From NCBI GenBank assembly GCA_002305125.1, contig DBQG01000050.1, positions 1 to 43,010 on the forward strand: DNA of 43,010 bases. Direction: 5' to 3'. The DNA is from Patescibacteria group bacterium UBA1400. GTDB lineage: Bacteria; Patescibacteriota; Microgenomatia; UBA1400. Position numbers and translations under genes: made by a program. How positions within the stretch are numbered: the stretch's first letter is position 1; each line of letters starts with the position of its first letter. This document shows positions 38,978 to 43,010 of this stretch, piece by piece. A model generated the notes under the pieces. It did not search any database. It saw only the letters and a list, made by a program, of their open reading frames with translations, and was not told the DNA's origin.

Positions 38978-39082
38978 GCCTTCAAGGCAAGGTGTAAATC
39001 CTGACCGGTGGTAAAAGCCCACAAGCCAAAATGGCAGATCTGATAATGCAGAGCCGACGGTAAAGTCCGGATGAAAGGAGGC
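38978..39082 (+). ncRNA. FMN-class (RFN) riboswitch aptamer, variant
   Basis: P1 GCCTTC/GGAGGC; conserved blocks GGC..GGTG.AA.TCC.GACCGG.GGT, GCCC.C, AGAT, CCGACGGTA.AGTCCGGATG.AAG; lies before a vitamin-type ABC importer. Confidence 0.92.
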
Positions 39083-39088
39083 TTTTTT

Positions 39089-39835
39089 GTGAGGCTTATT
39101 AATAAAGTTTTGCCAATCGGATCTTTTATTCTTTTTTTAGGATTTTGGTATCTGATTCTTTTGATTAAAAACTACCCCAGCTTCATTTTGCCTACTCCCC
39201 ATGAAGTGGCAATCCGTTTTTTGAAAAGTATAACAAGCGGTATTCTGCCTTTTCACATCTTTATTACTTTGCAGGAAATTTTTTTGGGAGTTTTGGTTGG
39301 TTTTAGCCTGGCTTTTGGTCTAGGTTATATTCTGGCTAAATTTAAATTTTTAAAGTTAGCTATCTCTCCTTTAATCATTGGTTTTCAGGCTGTTCCTATT
39401 ATTGCTATGGCTCCTCTTCTTGTCATTTGGCTAGGACCAGGAATAGAAGCAAAAGTTTTTGTCTGTGCAGCTACTTTATTTTTTCCGGTACTGATCAATA
39501 GTATGGTTGGTTTTTCCAATATCGAGACTAATTATTATGATCTTTTAAACTCTTTAGAGGCAAACTTCTGGCAAAAATTGAAGTTTTTGGAAATTCCTGC
39601 CAGCATGCCGATATTTTTTGCCGGCTTAAAAATCGGAGTTACTTTAAGTGTAATCGGAGCTGTGGTGGGTGAGTTTGTCAGTTCAGATAAAGGTCTAGGT
39701 TTTTTAATTAGCCTGGCAGGCGGACTTTATGACACTCCTTTAAGATTTGTCGCTTTTTTTACCCTAAGCCTTATTGCTCTTTTGCTTTACCTAGGCGTAA
39801 GTTGGGGAGAAAAAAAACTTTTAAAATGGAAATAA
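39089..39835 (+). CDS. ABC transporter permease, NitT/TauT family (RibX-like)
   Basis: ILP.P..V, Q.VP.IA.APL, FFPV..N, P...P..FAGLK, GAVVGEF...GLG; start placed at GTG 39089 after AAGGAGG (the ATG at 39071 is part of the aptamer core). Confidence 0.88.
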   Translation: MRLINKVLPIGSFILFLGFWYLILLIKNYPSFILPTPHEVAIRFLKSITSGILPFHIFITLQEIFLGVLVGFSLAFGLGYILAKFKFLKLAISPLIIGFQAVPIIAMAPLLVIWLGPGIEAKVFVCAATLFFPVLINSMVGFSNIETNYYDLLNSLEANFWQKLKFLEIPASMPIFFAGLKIGVTLSVIGAVVGEFVSSDKGLGFLISLAGGLYDTPLRFVAFFTLSLIALLLYLGVSWGEKKLLKWK

Positions 39836-39868
39836 ATTAAATTAAATTAAGAAAGGCTGAAAATTTAA

Positions 39869-40891
39869 ATGAATTTAAAAAAAGTAATCGTTTGGATCCT
39901 GCTGGGAGTATTTATTCTCCTTGCTTTTTATAGCAAAAATTACCGCCCAAATAAACAACAAGAAAAGATTAATAAAAAACTGGAGCTTGCCACGGTTAAA
40001 GTAGGTATGGGATTTATTCCTAATATTCAATTTGCTCCCTTTTATGTAGCCTTAGATAAAGGATTTTTTACTGACCAGGGATTGAGTCTTGATTTTAATT
40101 ACGGACTGGAAACAGATATTATTGCTCTTTTGGCAAACAAAGAGCTTGATATTGGCATTGGTAGCGGCGAGCAGGTAATCCTGGCCCAAGCTAAAGATCT
40201 GCCTATAGTTAACTTTTTCAACTGGTATCAACGCTTTCCCGTCTGCCTTATGTCCTTGGCAGAAAAAAAGATTAATGATCCTCAGGACTTAAAAGGAAAA
40301 ATTATCGGCATTCCAGTCATGCAGGGAGCTAGCTTTATCGGTCTTCAGGCCTTGCTTTTAGCCAATAATCTTAGTCAGGATCAAGTTAATATTCAAAGCA
40401 TTGGCTATACTCAAGCTGAAAGCCTTATCGCCGGCAAGGTTGACGCAGCTGTCTGTTATACTATAAATGAACCGGTTAATTTAAAAAATCAGGGTTACCA
40501 GCTTAATCTTATTGAAGTTGCTGACTATGTTAACTTTGTCTCCAATGGCCTTTTAACAAACCAGCAGATAATTAACCAACAACCTGAAATGCTGAAGGCT
40601 TTTATCATGGCTTTTTTAAAAGGGGTTGAGTTTACAATCACCAATCCTGATGAGGCTTTTACCATTGCCAAAAAATATATTCCGGAAATAGAAAATGAAC
40701 AGGTGCAAAAACAGGTTCTTTTGGAAAGCCTTAAAATCTGGCAGGTTACTGACCCCGGCCTTAACGATGTCAACCAATGGCAGGAGTCTTTAGAGTTTTT
40801 AACCAAAATCGGCTTAGTAGAAAAAGACCTTGAAGCAAACAGCCTGTTTACCAATCAATTTTTACCTTATGAAAAAAATAATAGAGATTAA
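39869..40891 (+). CDS. ABC substrate-binding protein, NMT1/THI5 family (RibY-like, probably flavin binding)
   Basis: N-terminal anchor, G.IPN.QFAPFYVA.DKG.F, DLKGK.IG.P, G.VDA; ligand inferred from the FMN-class riboswitch. Confidence 0.85.
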   Translation: MNLKKVIVWILLGVFILLAFYSKNYRPNKQQEKINKKLELATVKVGMGFIPNIQFAPFYVALDKGFFTDQGLSLDFNYGLETDIIALLANKELDIGIGSGEQVILAQAKDLPIVNFFNWYQRFPVCLMSLAEKKINDPQDLKGKIIGIPVMQGASFIGLQALLLANNLSQDQVNIQSIGYTQAESLIAGKVDAAVCYTINEPVNLKNQGYQLNLIEVADYVNFVSNGLLTNQQIINQQPEMLKAFIMAFLKGVEFTITNPDEAFTIAKKYIPEIENEQVQKQVLLESLKIWQVTDPGLNDVNQWQESLEFLTKIGLVEKDLEANSLFTNQFLPYEKNNRD

Positions 40892-41606
40892 AAATCTAAG
40901 TTATTCTTATACGGATTTAAAGGTTTTGCAAAATCTTAACTTTTCTGTTGAGGCAAACGAGTTTTTAGCCATTATCGGGCCCTTAGGCAGCGGCAAAACT
41001 ACTTTGCTTAAAATAATAGCTGGTTTGAAAAAAGCGGATAAAGGTAATATTTTATTCCAGGGTAAAAATTTACTTAAACCAACCAGAAAAATAGGCTTTA
41101 TCTTTCAAAAAAATAATCTTTTACCCTGGCTGACAGTCTGGGAAAATATAATTTTACCTTTAAAAATACAGCAGCTGTCAATAAAAGAAATTGAGAAAAG
41201 AGGAGAAGAGATTATTGAACTTGTAGATCTAAAAAAATTTAAACATATGTACCCTCATGAACTTTCGGGGGGAATGGAACAACTTGCGGCTTTAACCAGG
41301 GCTTTTATCACTGATGCCGAACTTTTACTCTTAGATGAACCTTTTGCTTCCCTAGATGTTATCAATAGGGAAAAAATGAATCTGGAACTGTTAAAACTAT
41401 GGAAACAAAGAAAAAAAACCATTCTTTTTGTCACCCACTCAATTGAAGAAGCAGTCTTTCTGGCTGACAAAATTATCCTTCTTGCTTCAAACAAAATCAA
41501 AAAAGAATTAACAATTAATTTTCCCAGGCCAAGAAATATAAATATAAGTAAGAGTAAAAAGTTTTTAAATAAAAAGTGCCAAATTAAAAATTTATGGCAA
41601 AACTAG
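40869..41606 (+). CDS. ABC transporter ATPase, NitT/TauT family
   Basis: GPLGSGKT, LLPW.TV..N, LSGGM.Q, LLDEPF, VTHSIEEAV.LAD, PRPR; start moved to ATG 40869. Confidence 0.92.
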   Translation: MKKIIEIKNLSYSYTDLKVLQNLNFSVEANEFLAIIGPLGSGKTTLLKIIAGLKKADKGNILFQGKNLLKPTRKIGFIFQKNNLLPWLTVWENIILPLKIQQLSIKEIEKRGEEIIELVDLKKFKHMYPHELSGGMEQLAALTRAFITDAELLLLDEPFASLDVINREKMNLELLKLWKQRKKTILFVTHSIEEAVFLADKIILLASNKIKKELTINFPRPRNINISKSKKFLNKKCQIKNLWQN

Positions 41607-42202
41607 AAAACAGAAAACTGCCTGGTACAATTACGGGTTAATCCGAGCAATCTACCTATACGATCTTCAGGAATGGTTCTGCAAGGATTTTTATATGCCC
41701 GGGCACTTAAAACCGTTTCACCTCTTTTTCCACCAACTCTTGGTTCAACTTTTAAAGACAACTGTTCTTTTGAACACCCTTGACCGCTTAAAACAGGACA
41801 GTAAGCAGTTCTTCCTTCTCTGTTGGGAGTAGGCAAATAACCAGCAGCATGTCTACCAATAAGAATATTGTCTCCTGGTTTCAACTGGTGACGAAAATGT
41901 TGCACTGCCAGTCTACCATTCCTTCCTATAAAAAAAATATCATATAATCCTTCTCCGCGCTTAGTCTTTCCAGATGGAATTACCATTACCACACTGCTTG
42001 TCGGATCGTCTTTTATGTCTTTATCAGGATTATTTCCTGGTAACAACCAAGCTGCAATTTCTCCAGGTCCATAAGTTTTAAGATCAATAGGGTTTCGGCT
42101 TGCCTCCACCTTAACCTCAATCAAAGCAGCTTCTAACTGTTGCCTGACAGACTCATTTAAATAATCTGCCATATTCATAGGTTCCGCAGATTCTTCTACC
42201 AT
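41603..42202 (-). CDS. Hypothetical protein, possible degenerate FHA domain
   Basis: 199-aa ORF with a consensus promoter; LKPGDNILIGRH...GCSKEQ...YKNP resembles FHA GR/S/N landmarks. Confidence 0.7.
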   Translation of the reverse strand: MVEESAEPMNMADYLNESVRQQLEAALIEVKVEASRNPIDLKTYGPGEIAAWLLPGNNPDKDIKDDPTSSVVMVIPSGKTKRGEGLYDIFFIGRNGRLAVQHFRHQLKPGDNILIGRHAAGYLPTPNREGRTAYCPVLSGQGCSKEQLSLKVEPRVGGKRGETVLSARAYKNPCRTIPEDRIGRLLGLTRNCTRQFSVF

Positions 42203-42208
42203 AATTAA

Positions 42209-42236
42209 ATTATAAAAATTTCCCTAAAGGTGTCAA
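42209..42236 (-). promoter_or_regulatory. Consensus sigma70 promoter, leaderless
   Basis: TTGACA (42236-42231), 16 nt, TATAAT (42214-42209), 6 nt to ATG 42202. Confidence 0.8.
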
Positions 42237-42253
42237 TAGATAAGCGAAATTTC

Positions 42254-42281
42254 TTGACAAAAAGGTTTTTTTTGTTATAAT
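42254..42281 (+). promoter_or_regulatory. Consensus sigma70 promoter with extended -10
   Basis: TTGACA (42254-42259), 16 nt, TGtTATAAT (-10 at 42276-42281). Confidence 0.8.
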
Positions 42282-42290
42282 ACTGCTATC

Positions 42291-42319
42291 TCTCCTTTAA
42301 TCGGGGGAGAATTTTTTTT
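42291..42319 (+). terminator. Intrinsic-terminator-like hairpin in the leader of the M23 gene
   Basis: TCTCCTTT-AATC-GGGGGAGA (5 Watson-Crick + 3 G-U pairs), then A and T8. Confidence 0.55.
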
Positions 42320-42342
42320 GGCTTAATAGTTTTAAGCCGTTT

Positions 42343-42969
42343 ATGATTGAAAAATCATTGTTAATGATAATAAATCTTTTTAAACCCCAAAAGGATAACA
42401 GTTTACCTTTAAGTAAGTTTTTCAGAAATTTTTTTGAATTATCTAGACTTAAAACTGTTGTGGGCGTGGGGCTATTGCTGATGATTTTTTCCTTAAGCAT
42501 GTTAAATGCTCCTAAACCTGTTTTGGGCGGCCAGGAGGCGGTTTTAACCAGTCCTGAACCCCAAGAAGTTCAGACTCAGACCACTTTCAATCTACCCTTA
42601 ACAGCCGGCTATATTTCTCAAAATTACCATTGGTTCCATAAAGGAGTAGATATCACCAGTCCTTTAGGCACAACTGTATATCCTATTACCAAAGGTAAGG
42701 TTATTGAAGTAACCTATGGCAGCTTAGGGTACGGACATAAAGTGGTAATCCAGCATGAAAACGGCTTTGAATCATTATATGCTCATTTAGGAGAAATAAA
42801 GGTTAAGGTTGGGGATGAAATTAGTAAAGATACTGTTATTGGTCTAGTGGGTTTAACTGGCTGGAGTACTGGACCCCATTTACACTTAGAAACTAAAAAG
42901 GACGGAAACTATCTTGATCCGCTAACAGTCTTACCTGATTTTCAACTAGAAAAAGAGGCAAGTCAATAA
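42343..42969 (+). CDS. M23-family metallopeptidase with N-terminal membrane anchor
   Basis: HKGVD (HxxxD), GYG..V.I.H, YAHL, TG.STGPHLH.E, DP; exact start uncertain. Confidence 0.92.
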   Translation: MIEKSLLMIINLFKPQKDNSLPLSKFFRNFFELSRLKTVVGVGLLLMIFSLSMLNAPKPVLGGQEAVLTSPEPQEVQTQTTFNLPLTAGYISQNYHWFHKGVDITSPLGTTVYPITKGKVIEVTYGSLGYGHKVVIQHENGFESLYAHLGEIKVKVGDEISKDTVIGLVGLTGWSTGPHLHLETKKDGNYLDPLTVLPDFQLEKEASQ

Positions 42970-42981
42970 ATTTCTGCTTTT

Positions 42982-43010
42982 ATGATTAAAGTAAAAAAAG
43001 CCCTGCTTTT
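42982..43010 (+). CDS. Possible 5' end of the next gene (MIKVKKALL...)
   Basis: ATG 12 nt after the M23 stop, open to window edge. Confidence 0.3.

Noticed and set aside
39833..39850. TAAAT-type pentamer run between permease and binding-protein genes
   Set aside because: Short low-complexity AT tract expected at this composition
38940..42250. Integrative element at tRNA-Cys
   Set aside because: No integrase, and I found no duplicated tRNA 3' end (att site) downstream
17539..42500. Remaining short overlapping ORFs (17539, 21316, 22596, 23041, 25155, 28791, 29912, 34149, 34434, 40525, 41255, 42297)
   Set aside because: All overlap longer motif-bearing genes and lack independent evidence
1..43010. 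Alternative genetic code (TGA read as Gly or Trp)
   Set aside because: Conserved genes are full length under code 11, and several end at TGA in the expected place (hrcA, tatD, LCP)

Overview
AT-rich, very gene-dense bacterial chromosome segment using the standard code (TGA is a stop). Gene content and protein style suggest Patescibacteria/CPR, probably Microgenomates-like; this is an inference, not a database result. Left to right: a uracil-DNA glycosylase/PolX repair pair; the murJ-lepA-hrcA-grpE-dnaK-dnaJ cluster with a variant CIRCE operator; rpsT; a pilN/pilO-like operon followed by three large Ser/Pro/Thr- and Cys-rich surface proteins, two ending in a shared sortase-like signal; GT-C glycosyltransferases and an LCP protein; PcrA, two FemABX proteins, a helicase-nuclease fusion and RmuC; YerC-like regulator, metG, tatD; a GT2/GT-C/WecA/UbiA envelope-glycan cluster; a PEGA-SH3 protein; tRNA-Cys followed immediately by a deviant FMN-class riboswitch that controls a RibXY-like ABC importer; an orphan FHA-like gene; and an M23 peptidase. 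Best leads: (1) the variant FMN riboswitch, apparently co-transcribed with the tRNA; (2) a candidate surface-protein sorting and glycosylation system coupled to pilNO; (3) repeated leaderless-mRNA promoter architecture. No CRISPR array, integrase, transposase or rRNA was seen.
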